This document shows, one piece after another, positions 19,485 to 28,449 of a stretch of DNA of 64,000 nucleotides. A program made the translations under genes and the position numbers. Below the pieces are notes generated by a model. It did no database searches. It was not told the DNA's origin and saw only the letters and a list, made by a program, of their open reading frames with translations. The stretch's first letter is position 1. Each line of letters opens with the position of its first letter. The stretch comes from Candidatus Poribacteria bacterium (GTDB lineage Bacteria; Poribacteria; WGA-4E; GCA-2687025), in the NCBI GenBank assembly GCA_963665845.2, contig OY762492.1, forward strand, positions 1,088,001 through 1,152,000. Direction: 5' to 3'.

Positions 19485-20255
19485 TTATCCTTTGCGACGA
19501 GCTCGCTTCGATTCTTCGACCCATTCGTTCAGCATTTCGATTGAGTCGGAGTCTTTGAGCGTTTCGTCCCAGATTTTGTCCCATCGTTCCACTTCGTCCA
19601 CGATCTGTTTGAACGAGTCTCTGTAGAGACAGGGTTCGAGCAGGATTGCTTCATAGATATAGTCGCGCGCGGCGTCGGCTTCACCGTCGGCTTGATGCAG
19701 GAGTCCTTTTTGTAAGTATGCGTTTGCGAATTCTGGTTCGATGGCAATCACGTTTGTAAGGATTGTGTGCGCTTTATCCGACGCGCCCATTTGTCCGTAT
19801 GCCATTGCGAGATTGCAGTGGATTGGCGGAACTACATTTGACCAGCCATGTTTTTGAAACAGCAGGCCGGCGTTTTCAAGATCGTCAACCACATCATTTA
19901 GAGGCGGTTGATCATCTTTCATAAGGTTTCGCAGAAGTCCGATGTTTCCGCTGTGTGCATAAACGTCTGCCATGCCGATTGAGTCGACTGAGTCGGCGTC
20001 GGTTTTCATGAGCGACCCGGCTTTTTTAAAATGAGAATATGCTCGTCGGAGATCCAATTTTATTTCCGGGGCGTTTCCGTCAATGTAGTGCGCCAACGCT
20101 CGCATGAACGCGGATTTACCCTGTTTCATCGTCTCCGCTATCATGTCCCCGACATCAAGCGGTCGGACGAGAAATGTCGGTCCAGCGAGGAATGGTTGTA
20201 GCGACGCTTGTATCATAGCGTCCGATCTTGTTTCAGCCTCATGCGCTTGCAACAT
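19485..20255 (-). CDS. TPR-repeat protein with an antitoxin-like C-terminal tail
   Basis: TPR motifs (HCNLAMAYGQMG...IEPEFANAYLQKGLLHQADG...AILLEP) followed by EVERWDKIWDETLKDSDSIEMLNEWVEESKRARRKG. GGAGGAGG RBS; stop is 3 bp before the toxin start. Confidence 0.7.
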   Translation of the reverse strand: MLQAHEAETRSDAMIQASLQPFLAGPTFLVRPLDVGDMIAETMKQGKSAFMRALAHYIDGNAPEIKLDLRRAYSHFKKAGSLMKTDADSVDSIGMADVYAHSGNIGLLRNLMKDDQPPLNDVVDDLENAGLLFQKHGWSNVVPPIHCNLAMAYGQMGASDKAHTILTNVIAIEPEFANAYLQKGLLHQADGEADAARDYIYEAILLEPCLYRDSFKQIVDEVERWDKIWDETLKDSDSIEMLNEWVEESKRARRKG

Positions 20256-20281
20256 TCGCAGCCTCCTCCAAAACGTAAGTC

Positions 20282-20310
20282 AGTTTACCATAAAGACGTC
20301 CGGAAAGCAA
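20282..20310 (-). promoter_or_regulatory. Putative sigma70 promoter of the TPR-toxin operon
   Basis: TTGCTT-17bp-TAAACT with TG extension. Confidence 0.55.
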
Positions 20311-20352
20311 ACAAACCGACATCGCGTCTTTAATTGGGACATGTCGGCATGG

Positions 20353-20428
20353 GAACGCGGACATCTTCTGCGGCGCCTCTAGATTCCCGCACGTTACATC
20401 TTACCGCAAGGGCAGGGGCGGGAATGAC
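20353..20428 (-). repeat. REP mosaic; right arm of the inverted pair flanking the toxin cassette
   Basis: GAACGCGGACATCTTCTGCGGCGCCTCTAGATTCCCGC...GCGGGAATGAC. Confidence 0.85.
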
Positions 20429-20453
20429 TGGTTGCGTACCGCGGCGTTCAAGG

Positions 20454-20482
20454 TTGACAAAAATCGCGGACAGGTTTAAAAT
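20454..20482 (+). promoter_or_regulatory. Putative sigma70 promoter of the LamG operon
   Basis: TTGACA-17bp-TAAAAT. Confidence 0.7.
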
Positions 20483-20538
20483 GCTCCAAAATGAACGCAT
20501 TGCAGCAAAATGCTTAACGCAAATTGGAGTACGCAAAC

Positions 20539-21309
20539 ATGCTGAAAAACGCGAACTTACGCCTCTTGGCGCTCGCCGCCGCGCTCGGCTTCGGGCTGAC
20601 GGCGCAGGCAAACCTGAACGACGCCAGCCTCTCCGTCTACTACAGCTTCGACGGAGACGGCGACGTCATCACCGACCACTCCTCCTACGGCAACGACGGT
20701 ACCGTCTCCGCCGGCAGCTTGACGCGCCAAGACGGGCATGTCGGCAAGGCGCTGCTCTTTGAAAACACGCGCGTCGACCTGAACGCTTCCGAATTCAAAA
20801 ACAAACCGGTTGACGGCTTCACCGTCGCCGCCTGGATCAACCACGCCGGCGCCGGCTCTCCGCAGACGCTCTTTGACGCCATCAGCGCCGACCACGGCAG
20901 CGGACTCTTCCATGTCGAAATACGCCCCGCCGGCTTCCGCTGGTTCGGCAGAGACGGATCCAATACGACCGTCTTCAACATCAACCCAGGTCCGGTACTG
21001 CCGGGAAATGAATGGGTTCATTTTGCGGGAACCTACGACAGCGGCAGCGGCGACGTGAAAACCTATGTGAACGGCGAAATGACGCACGAAGCGCAAGGCG
21101 CCGGCAAACTGTCCGACAACTGGAGCGACGCCGGCATCGGCGACCACAAAGGAGACCGCTGGCTGACAGGGCTGCTGGACGAGTACTTCATCTTCTCCCG
21201 CGCGCTCAGCGCCGATGAGGTCAACGCGGTCATGACCGGCGCGTACGCCTCGGTCGACCCGAAAGGCAAGGCGGCCGTCTCATGGGCGGGCGTCAAGGCG
21301 GGGCGGTAA
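20539..21309 (+). CDS. Secreted LamG/ConA-like jellyroll protein
   Basis: Signal peptide; YYSFD...DHSSYGNDG, FTVAAWIN, EWVHFAGTYD, GLLDE; C-terminal VDPKGKAAVSWAGVK. Confidence 0.88.
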   Translation: MLKNANLRLLALAAALGFGLTAQANLNDASLSVYYSFDGDGDVITDHSSYGNDGTVSAGSLTRQDGHVGKALLFENTRVDLNASEFKNKPVDGFTVAAWINHAGAGSPQTLFDAISADHGSGLFHVEIRPAGFRWFGRDGSNTTVFNINPGPVLPGNEWVHFAGTYDSGSGDVKTYVNGEMTHEAQGAGKLSDNWSDAGIGDHKGDRWLTGLLDEYFIFSRALSADEVNAVMTGAYASVDPKGKAAVSWAGVKAGR

Positions 21310-21368
21310 AGGCGGACGCTCCGCACGAAAACATTTCAACGAACGGACGCAGAAACGAATTGGAGATC

Positions 21369-22148
21369 ATGAACATGACGAAACGCGCAACGCTCCCTCT
21401 CTTGGCGCTCGCCGCCGCGGTCTGCTTCGGACTGACGGCGCATGCAAACACGAACGATCCGACCCTCTCCGTCTATTACAACTTCGACGAAGAGGGCGAC
21501 ACGATCATTGACCACTCCTCCTACGGCAACGACGGAACCATCTCAAAGGGCGGTTCCAAACGCGAAAAAAGCGACAGGGGCGGCAAGGCTCTCCTTTTTG
21601 AGCAAACCCGCGTCGACATGAACGGGCCCGAATTTCAAAACAAGCCCGTGGACGGCATCACGCTGGCGTGCTGGGTGAACCATTTAGGCGTCGGCGTTCA
21701 GACGCTGCTGGACGCCATCGGCGACCAGCATGGCAGCGGCCTTTACCACGCCGAAATACGCGCCGCCGGCTTCCGATGGTTCCACCGAGACGGAAACAAT
21801 ACGCAAATCTTCAACATCAATCCTGGACCCGTTCTTGAAGCAAATGAGTGGGTGCATTTCGCCGCCACTTACGACAGCGAGTCCGGCGATGTGAAAACCT
21901 ATGTGGGCGGCAAAGAAACGCACAGCGCCACGGGACAAGGCAAACTCTCCGACAACTGGAACGTTGACGCCGGCATCGGCGACCACAAGAACGACCGCTG
22001 GTTGACGGGGCTGCTGGACGAATACTATCTGTTCTCAAGAGCGTTGGACGAAGCCGAGATACAGTCGGTCATGAACGGCGAGTTTCTGTCGGTGAACCCG
22101 CAGGGCAAGACAGCCGTCTCATGGGCGGGTCTGAAAACGCGGCGGTAA
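21369..22148 (+). CDS. Secreted LamG/ConA-like jellyroll protein (tandem paralog)
   Basis: Colinear with the preceding gene; C-terminal VNPQGKTAVSWAGLK. Confidence 0.88.
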   Translation: MNMTKRATLPLLALAAAVCFGLTAHANTNDPTLSVYYNFDEEGDTIIDHSSYGNDGTISKGGSKREKSDRGGKALLFEQTRVDMNGPEFQNKPVDGITLACWVNHLGVGVQTLLDAIGDQHGSGLYHAEIRAAGFRWFHRDGNNTQIFNINPGPVLEANEWVHFAATYDSESGDVKTYVGGKETHSATGQGKLSDNWNVDAGIGDHKNDRWLTGLLDEYYLFSRALDEAEIQSVMNGEFLSVNPQGKTAVSWAGLKTRR

Positions 22149-22159
22149 AGGAGGCAACG

Positions 22160-22966
22160 ATGGCAAAGGCTGACACGGTCATTTTATTCAGCGTCGATGG
22201 CATGCGGGCGGACGGGCTGCAGAAAGCCGAGACGCCCAACATAGACGCGCTTGTCAACAGCGGCGTTTCCACCTTCTCGGCGCAGACGGTCATGCCGTCG
22301 GTGACGCTGCCATGCCACAGCTCCATGTTCCGCGCCGTTCCGCCGACGCGCCATGGGATTGTGACGAACACGTTCACGCCGCTGGCGCGCCCCGTGCCGA
22401 GCATCATGGACGTTGTCCGTCATGCGCGGTTGAAGGCGGCGGCGTTTTACAACTGGGAGCAGCTGCGCGACCTCGCCAGTCCCGGCGCCCTAGAGCATTC
22501 GCTCATGATGCGCAACTGCAGCGTCCCGGAAGGCGACCGCGAGCTGGCGGAAGCGGCGGGCGCGCTCATCAAGCGGACGGCGGACGATCCATACGCTTTC
22601 ATCTTCGTCTATCTGGGGCATACGGATGTGACCGGGCATGCGAGCGGATGGATGTCGGAGCCGTATCTGGAGGCGATCTCGAACGCGGACGCCAGCGTCG
22701 GCATCGTTCTGGATGCCGCCCGTCAAGCGGGAACGATGGAACAAACCGCTGTCATCGTCACCGCCGACCATGGCGGACACGGGCAGACGCACGGCACCGA
22801 CATGCCTGAAGATATGACGATACCTTGGGTATGCGTCGGTCCGGGCGTTCCAAGCGGCAAATCGATAGAGGCGCCGGTGAGCATCATGGACAACCCGCCG
22901 ACCATCGCCGCCTTGCTGGGTCTTGAGCCCGGAGAACACTGGGAAGGCAGCCCCGTCCCGTTTTAA
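22160..22966 (+). CDS. Alkaline phosphatase superfamily (nucleotide pyrophosphatase/phosphodiesterase-like)
   Basis: SVDGMRAD, PSVTLPCH, DVTGH, TADHGGH; AAGGAGG RBS. Confidence 0.85.
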   Translation: MAKADTVILFSVDGMRADGLQKAETPNIDALVNSGVSTFSAQTVMPSVTLPCHSSMFRAVPPTRHGIVTNTFTPLARPVPSIMDVVRHARLKAAAFYNWEQLRDLASPGALEHSLMMRNCSVPEGDRELAEAAGALIKRTADDPYAFIFVYLGHTDVTGHASGWMSEPYLEAISNADASVGIVLDAARQAGTMEQTAVIVTADHGGHGQTHGTDMPEDMTIPWVCVGPGVPSGKSIEAPVSIMDNPPTIAALLGLEPGEHWEGSPVPF

Positions 22967-23185
22967 CAGGAATGACGGCGGCGCCTCCGATTCCCCCCTT
23001 GAAGCGGGCGGCGCCTCCGATTCCCCCCTTGAAAAGGGGGGCTAGGGGGGTTTAAAGGGGCGCAGATCGTTCCCCCTTGAAAAGGGGGGCTAGGGGGTTT
23101 AAAGGGGCGCGGGCTGTTAAGATTTCCCCTTGAAAAGGGGGAATCGGACGCGGCGCGCGAATATCCACGTATGAGCGTACTGCCG
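22967..23185. repeat. Tandem cluster of CCCCTTGAAAAGGGG hairpin repeats
   Basis: Four hairpin copies (one partial), with GGGGGCTAGGGGG and AATATCCACGTATGAG modules. Confidence 0.85.
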
Positions 23186-23253
23186 CCGCGTTTGCCGATT
23201 CGAAGGCGCGCGGTGTATCATGGAGCGGTCTGAACTTTCAACAGGAGACTCCC

Positions 23254-24336
23254 ATGACCGCCCCGCTTCAAGAGATACGCCGCGCCTTCGATGCGTTCAA
23301 AGCGCAGGCGCGAAAAGACCCAACCTCCGGCGACGATCTGCTGAACGAGGCTTATGATTTGGTCGAGGCGGCGCTGGAGGGAACGCTGACGCCCGAACTG
23401 GCGCGGCTCGCCCACAAGGTTTACGGCTACAAAGGCAAGCTTGGCTGGGCAAAGCGCGTTCAGCTGCATCGGCGGCGTCTGGAGGGAGACCTAGACGACA
23501 AGGAAAGGTTCTGGTCCTGGTGGGAGATGGTGGACGCGCTCGCCGTCCTGCGGCGGAGCAAGGAGACGGTTGAGGAACAGGAGCGGCTTTACCGCTGGGC
23601 GCGGGAAGTCTCGCCGCATGAGTTTGCCCTGAAAGCGCTGGACGACACGACGCAGGCGCGCTGCTGGTCGGCGGAACGGCGGCTGGACGACTGGTTTCAG
23701 CTGTACGAAGAGGCGGCGCAGATTCTCGACAGCCCCGAAGTGAGCAAGTATCGGCGCTGCAGTTTTTTACAGGCGGGGATGGAAGTGTCCCGGGGGTTTG
23801 GCGGAGATACGGACAGCGCGCTGCGTTATCTGGACGCAATGGAGCAGGCGAACGACGACCCTGAATGGAGCGGCTATTTTCGCTTCTGGATGGCGGGAAT
23901 CGAGAACCGCCTGCTGATCCACTGGGGGCGGGATGAAGAGGCATTTGACGCGGCGGCGGAAGAGGCGCTGACATATATCGACGCGCAGCTGGAGAAGCGA
24001 GACGGCGGACAGAGCATCGACATATCGAAGCTGCGCTGGGCGTGTCATAACATCGGCTGCTGCATGCTTTGGTCGGGGCGGTTTCAGAGGGCGGCGGACA
24101 TTCTTGAGAAAGCGATTCAGGTCGAAGACAGCGACGCTCATACGCACTTTTTTCTGTCGGCGGCCGTCTGGGCGGGCGAGAAGGACAAGGAGAAGACGCT
24201 CCGCCACCTGAAAAGGGCGACCGATTTCACGCTCAACACGAACCGCGGCATGATCGGACAGAATTTCTTAAACGAATACGCGTTTAAAGATGTGAGAGGG
24301 GACGCGGAGTTTCGCGCGGCGACGGGGCTTGAATAA
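23254..24336 (+). CDS. Helical/TPR-like hypothetical protein
   Basis: AGGAG RBS; C-terminal TPR-like segment CHNIGCCMLWSGRFQRAADILEKAIQVE. Confidence 0.7.
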   Translation: MTAPLQEIRRAFDAFKAQARKDPTSGDDLLNEAYDLVEAALEGTLTPELARLAHKVYGYKGKLGWAKRVQLHRRRLEGDLDDKERFWSWWEMVDALAVLRRSKETVEEQERLYRWAREVSPHEFALKALDDTTQARCWSAERRLDDWFQLYEEAAQILDSPEVSKYRRCSFLQAGMEVSRGFGGDTDSALRYLDAMEQANDDPEWSGYFRFWMAGIENRLLIHWGRDEEAFDAAAEEALTYIDAQLEKRDGGQSIDISKLRWACHNIGCCMLWSGRFQRAADILEKAIQVEDSDAHTHFFLSAAVWAGEKDKEKTLRHLKRATDFTLNTNRGMIGQNFLNEYAFKDVRGDAEFRAATGLE

Positions 24337-24360
24337 CGCGGAGGATGCGCATCGCCCGCT

Positions 24361-24897
24361 CTAAAAGACGATCGGCTCTCCGGCGTCTTCGCTGTCGTCT
24401 TCCGCTTCGCCGCTTTCTTGGCTGGCAAATGTCTTTAAAAGATGCTCCGCCACGGAATTGAAGTCATGGAGGATCGCTTTTTTAATGTTCTCCATCGCGG
24501 CGTCCTCATTGCCCTGCTGCGCGTATATTTTGCCCATGCGCAGGTAGGTCTTGGCGTCGGGTTTCAGTTCCGTTGACTTGACGAGATCTGCAATTGCCTC
24601 ATCCATGTTGACCGAATCGGGATCGATCTCGTTCAGTATACCCGTAGTACGGGCGCGCCAGTAGTAAATCTGCGCCAGCAAGCTGTTCGCCACTTCGTCA
24701 AGGTCGCTCTGAGCCGACAGTATCTCAATTCCCGCATTAAAATGTTGAAACGCCTTCGTGAGCGCAGCCTTGGCGCCGCTCTTGTTTGCGATACGGATCT
24801 CCGCCTGCGCCTCCCCCATGGCGGCGTCCGCTTCTCTCATTTCATTTTCAACCGCTGCGATGTAGTGAATGCTTTCCAGTTTCTGCTGACGCTGCAT
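24361..24897 (-). CDS. TPR-containing protein with an acidic tail
   Basis: GGAGG RBS; DEAIADLVKSTELKPDAKTYLRMGKIYAQQGNEDAAMENIKKAI. Confidence 0.72.
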   Translation of the reverse strand: MQRQQKLESIHYIAAVENEMREADAAMGEAQAEIRIANKSGAKAALTKAFQHFNAGIEILSAQSDLDEVANSLLAQIYYWRARTTGILNEIDPDSVNMDEAIADLVKSTELKPDAKTYLRMGKIYAQQGNEDAAMENIKKAILHDFNSVAEHLLKTFASQESGEAEDDSEDAGEPIVF

Positions 24898-25064
24898 GAT
24901 CGCCCTCCGCCAATATATGTAGGTAGTTTATACCGCGCCGTAGGGCGTTGTCAAGCGCCGTTTGCCGGGCAGTCTCTACAGGCGATGACGACGAAAATCC
25001 CGTTTGAGTTGTGCTAATCGTGATTCCGCGCACGGAACTAAACCCCCCAGCCCCCCTTTTCAAG

Positions 25065-26340
25065 GGGTACTACACGTTTGATTTGCCAGAGGCATATACC
25101 CCGCCATTGTTTTCAGCGTTGCGTTTTTTTTTACGTTTTTTCTTGTCGTAATTCGTTCCTTACGACTCATCTTGGGCGGGCGGCGTTGCGTTGGACGCAA
25201 CGCTGCCAGCCCATTTCATGTAATCTCCTACAACTACCGATTTTATTTCCGCTCTCGCGCTTGTTTTGGCGCATTCGGCACAATCTACCGCTGCAACCAT
25301 ACCGTCAATACCTGGTCAATACCTGCTAGGTATCCTGCCTCACAGGTTTTAGAACTGCAACCGCCTTATTTGACCAGATCCGCGTAGGTAAGGCGTTTAC
25401 CGACCATGCGCGGAACAATCTTGGCAAGCGTTTCGATGCGGTTGTCGTTTCCAACATTGAAGCGGTAGACGAATTCTTTGACGTATAGACCCAAATGTTT
25501 AGGCGACATGAAATGGTAAACGGCGCAGTATCCGCGTTTCAGGACGGCCCAGAACGACTCGATGCTGTTGGTGTGAACATCGCCGCGAACATACTCGCCT
25601 TTCTGATGCGAGACAGCGGCATGCGCGTATTCCTCCATGCCCTTGTAGGTCGGGAGAGCGTCGGTATAAACGGTGGACCCAGGCGCCACATTCGCCCTTA
25701 CAGCGCCAAGCGCCGTTTCTATCCTCATATTGTCCAGCAGAAGCGCGCGGATTTCGCCGTTCCTTTGACGCATGCCGATCACGGTCTGCTTGCCGCGGGT
25801 TCCGCTTCTGACGCCCAGCTTTTTTCTGCGATGCTTACTACCCTCTTTGCCGCCGACGTAGACCTCGTCTATCTCCACGGTTCCGCTCAGCATTTCGTCG
25901 TCGCTTACCATCGCGGCTCGGATGCGGCGGCCTAGGGACCATGCGGAGTCCTGCCTTATGCCCAGTAGCTTTCCCATCGTAACGCTCGATACGCCCTTCT
26001 TAAACGTCAGGAGCAAGTAGAGCGCCAGAAGCCATAGATGCAAGGGGATTTTGCTTTTCTCCATGATGGTTCCCGTGCGGACGCTGAAATAGTTGCGGCA
26101 TGTTCGGCATCTGAGCGGCATTGGTTTGGCGTTTTTCACTCGGGCGATGTTTTTGGAATCGCATCGGGGGCAGCAGATGTGCTTCGGCCATCGGCTTTCT
26201 TCAAAGAATCGGGCGGCGCTTTTTTCATCGGGATACTTTTCAAAGATCTCGTAGATACTGGTAGACCGCATTGGAATTTCCTTTCTCAATCTCCCTTTAG
26301 AGTAGCGCAATCCGCTTATCTAGTCAAACGTGTAGTACCC
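25065..26340 (-). mobile_element. IS1595-family insertion sequence
   Basis: Perfect terminal inverted repeats GGGTACTACACGTTTGA at both ends. Flanking direct repeat CTTTTCAAG at 25056-25064 and 26341-26349 (7-bp TTTTCAA if one more G/C is assigned to each TIR). Confidence 0.93.
25366..26310 (-). CDS. IS1595-family DDE transposase
   Basis: Zn ribbon CPRC...CRTC, VEIDEVYVGG, VYTD, HTNSIESFW, YVKEFVYRFN. True start may be ATG 26271. Confidence 0.93.
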   Translation of the reverse strand: MRYSKGRLRKEIPMRSTSIYEIFEKYPDEKSAARFFEESRWPKHICCPRCDSKNIARVKNAKPMPLRCRTCRNYFSVRTGTIMEKSKIPLHLWLLALYLLLTFKKGVSSVTMGKLLGIRQDSAWSLGRRIRAAMVSDDEMLSGTVEIDEVYVGGKEGSKHRRKKLGVRSGTRGKQTVIGMRQRNGEIRALLLDNMRIETALGAVRANVAPGSTVYTDALPTYKGMEEYAHAAVSHQKGEYVRGDVHTNSIESFWAVLKRGYCAVYHFMSPKHLGLYVKEFVYRFNVGNDNRIETLAKIVPRMVGKRLTYADLVK

Positions 26341-26677
26341 CTTTTCAAGAGGGGAGTCTAGAAACCCCGCGCCCTATCCGCTGTCATCCCGCGCCCATTT
26401 CCTGTCATTCCTCGCGCGGATAAAACCCCCCAGCCCCCCTTTTCAAGAGGGGAGTCTAGAAACCCCGCGCGCCCCCTCCCTGTCATTCCTCGCGCGGCTA
26501 AAACCCCCCCAGCCCCCCTTTTCAAGGGGGGAGTCTAGGTATCCCGCGCGCCTTCTCCTCGTCCCCCGCTTCCGCGAGGGCATGCATTCCCGCGCCCCTC
26601 CCTGTCATTCCCGCGCGCCCTCCCTGTCATTCCCGCGTAAGCGGGAATCTTAGCCGCCGCAGACGACGTCCGCATTC
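26341..26677. repeat. Large mosaic REP cluster (TTTTCAA hairpins and GTCATTCCCGCG units)
   Basis: Three CTTTTCAAG(A/G)GGGGAGTCTAG units, several TGTCATTCC half-sites, and a complete hairpin at 26626-26649. Confidence 0.85.
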
Positions 26678-26681
26678 ATCT

Positions 26682-27578
26682 TCAACCGTGTCTTAACTCT
26701 TGAAATTGATCATGGTTTTGCTTTGATTCGCGGAGTTTCAGATGCAGCTGCTCATCCTCCTTCAGCCGCTCAACGCAGAGCCTGTAATACTCTTCGTTTT
26801 GCTCAATGCCGATATAGCGGCGGTCAAGCTGCTTGGCGGCTTGCGCGGTTGTGCCGCTGCCTAAGAACGGGTCTAGTACGACATCGCCCCGCCGCGTGAA
26901 GAGGCGTATGAACCAGGAGGGCAGCTCCAACGGAAATGCCGCGCTATGCCCCTTGTTTGCGCATTCGGTCGCCATATGGAGAACGTTGGTCGGATACACC
27001 TTATCGCGTCCGACCCAGTTGGCGACGCGCTTTCCGAAGCCGCTGTCGGAGCGGGACGTGTCGCGGACGCGGTCCGTCTCGGTCAGCTTTCCGAGCCGCC
27101 GGTCCGCCCAGTCGCCGACAGGAACCATCACCTCCTCTTGGTACATGTCGAATTGCCGCCGTTTGGTGAAATGGAGGCAGCGCTCCCAGGCGTCGCGGAA
27201 ACGGTTCGGCCATTTGCCGGGGTAGCAGTTTTTCTTATGCCAGCAGTACTCCTCCGTCCATAGCCACCCCTGCCGGCGCAGCGCCAAAATCAGCTCAAGA
27301 ACATAGGTGTGCCGTTCGCCGTTCACCGCCAGCTCTTTGATGTTGAGTATGAACGACCCGCGCTCGTTCAGGACGCGCCGCAGCTCCTCGCCAATCGGCA
27401 AAAACCATTCGACATACTGATCGGGATGAATGCCGCCGTAGGATTTGCTTCGCCGGTCGGCGTAAGGCGGCGAGGTTACAATCAGATGGACAGATTCGTC
27501 TGGGAGACTCGGCAAAACGCGGCGGCAGTCTCCCTCATACAGCTCTCCGCCCGTCAACTCGGTTTTCGTTATCCTCAT
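26682..27578 (-). CDS. Beta-class DNA methyltransferase (probably N4-cytosine), no adjacent REase
   Basis: IVTSPPY before HSAAFP and DPFLGSGTT. Confidence 0.9.
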   Translation of the reverse strand: MRITKTELTGGELYEGDCRRVLPSLPDESVHLIVTSPPYADRRSKSYGGIHPDQYVEWFLPIGEELRRVLNERGSFILNIKELAVNGERHTYVLELILALRRQGWLWTEEYCWHKKNCYPGKWPNRFRDAWERCLHFTKRRQFDMYQEEVMVPVGDWADRRLGKLTETDRVRDTSRSDSGFGKRVANWVGRDKVYPTNVLHMATECANKGHSAAFPLELPSWFIRLFTRRGDVVLDPFLGSGTTAQAAKQLDRRYIGIEQNEEYYRLCVERLKEDEQLHLKLRESKQNHDQFQELRHG

Positions 27579-27661
27579 CTGCCGCTCCGCCTTCTCTTTT
27601 TTTCAAAACGGCTCAACGCGGCTGCCGCCGACATGTCCCAACTCAAGCGACGAATCCGCCG

Positions 27662-28390
27662 CTAGTTTTGTTTCAAATCTCCCCAGACAACAGCCGCTTT
27701 CCCTGCAGGCTCCACATTCAGCAGCAGGTCGCCCGTCGTTTCGCCGATGACGAGGTTGTCGATGTAGATCAGCCCGTAGAGGCCGAACTTGCCCGTTTTG
27801 AGCGCGTCGTTGGAGCCTTCCAGGAGCGGGTCTTCCGCGTCAAAGTCGGGATTCTCCTCTTTCAAGCCGATGTACGCCTTGAAGTCGGAGCCGACGACCG
27901 AGATGCGGAACCGATGCCACACTTCAGGTTCCGCAAGGTAGTTTCCCTTCACGATGCGCGACCATCCGCCTGTGCGGTGCCAGAAGTCGAAGGTCCCGGC
28001 TTCGCCGCCGGCGCGCCGGTCGAACAGGTAGAAGTTGTCGCCGTCCTGATAGCGGAAGATGGAGCCCATGTAAAAGTCGGCGGGAAAGTATCCGTCGTAT
28101 TCGATGATGTAGTCGGTCCAGTTTTCGGCGCCGACGCCGTAGATGGAGCCGCCGACATCATGACGGGACTGATTGTGCGCCGCGTCGGAGGAGACGAGAA
28201 CCTTGTTGTCGGGATTGAGCGGGTCTTTGACGACGGACGCTTTTGTGTTTCCGTCAAAAAGAACATGCCATCCGTCCGGGAGCGAGCCGACAGCGTCCGC
28301 TTCAAAGTCGCTTCCGTACAGCTGTTTTCCGTGAGCCAACGGCGCCGCCGCCAGCGTTATGATGCCGATCCAGATTGCCCAACGCTTCAT
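27662..28390 (-). CDS. Secreted DUF1080/LamG-like beta-jellyroll protein
   Basis: Signal peptide; WTDYIIE...FRYQDGDNFY...WHRFRISVVG...GKFGL...IDNL; C-terminal VEPAGKAAVVWGDLK. Confidence 0.8.
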   Translation of the reverse strand: MKRWAIWIGIITLAAAPLAHGKQLYGSDFEADAVGSLPDGWHVLFDGNTKASVVKDPLNPDNKVLVSSDAAHNQSRHDVGGSIYGVGAENWTDYIIEYDGYFPADFYMGSIFRYQDGDNFYLFDRRAGGEAGTFDFWHRTGGWSRIVKGNYLAEPEVWHRFRISVVGSDFKAYIGLKEENPDFDAEDPLLEGSNDALKTGKFGLYGLIYIDNLVIGETTGDLLLNVEPAGKAAVVWGDLKQN

Positions 28391-28449
28391 GTGCGTTCCT
28401 TTCTAAAAAAATGGTTGCCCGCGCGCTGTTTCTATAGCATAATACAAAT

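Noticed and set aside
22160-22966. BREX PglZ
   Set aside because: A short stand-alone phosphatase-fold protein in a LamG operon with no other brx genes
22967-23185. Tandem hairpins here and at 26341-26677 as a CRISPR array or integron attC sites
   Set aside because: Irregular spacing, repeats dispersed across the window, no RYYYAAC/GTTRRRY cores, and no integrase or cas genes
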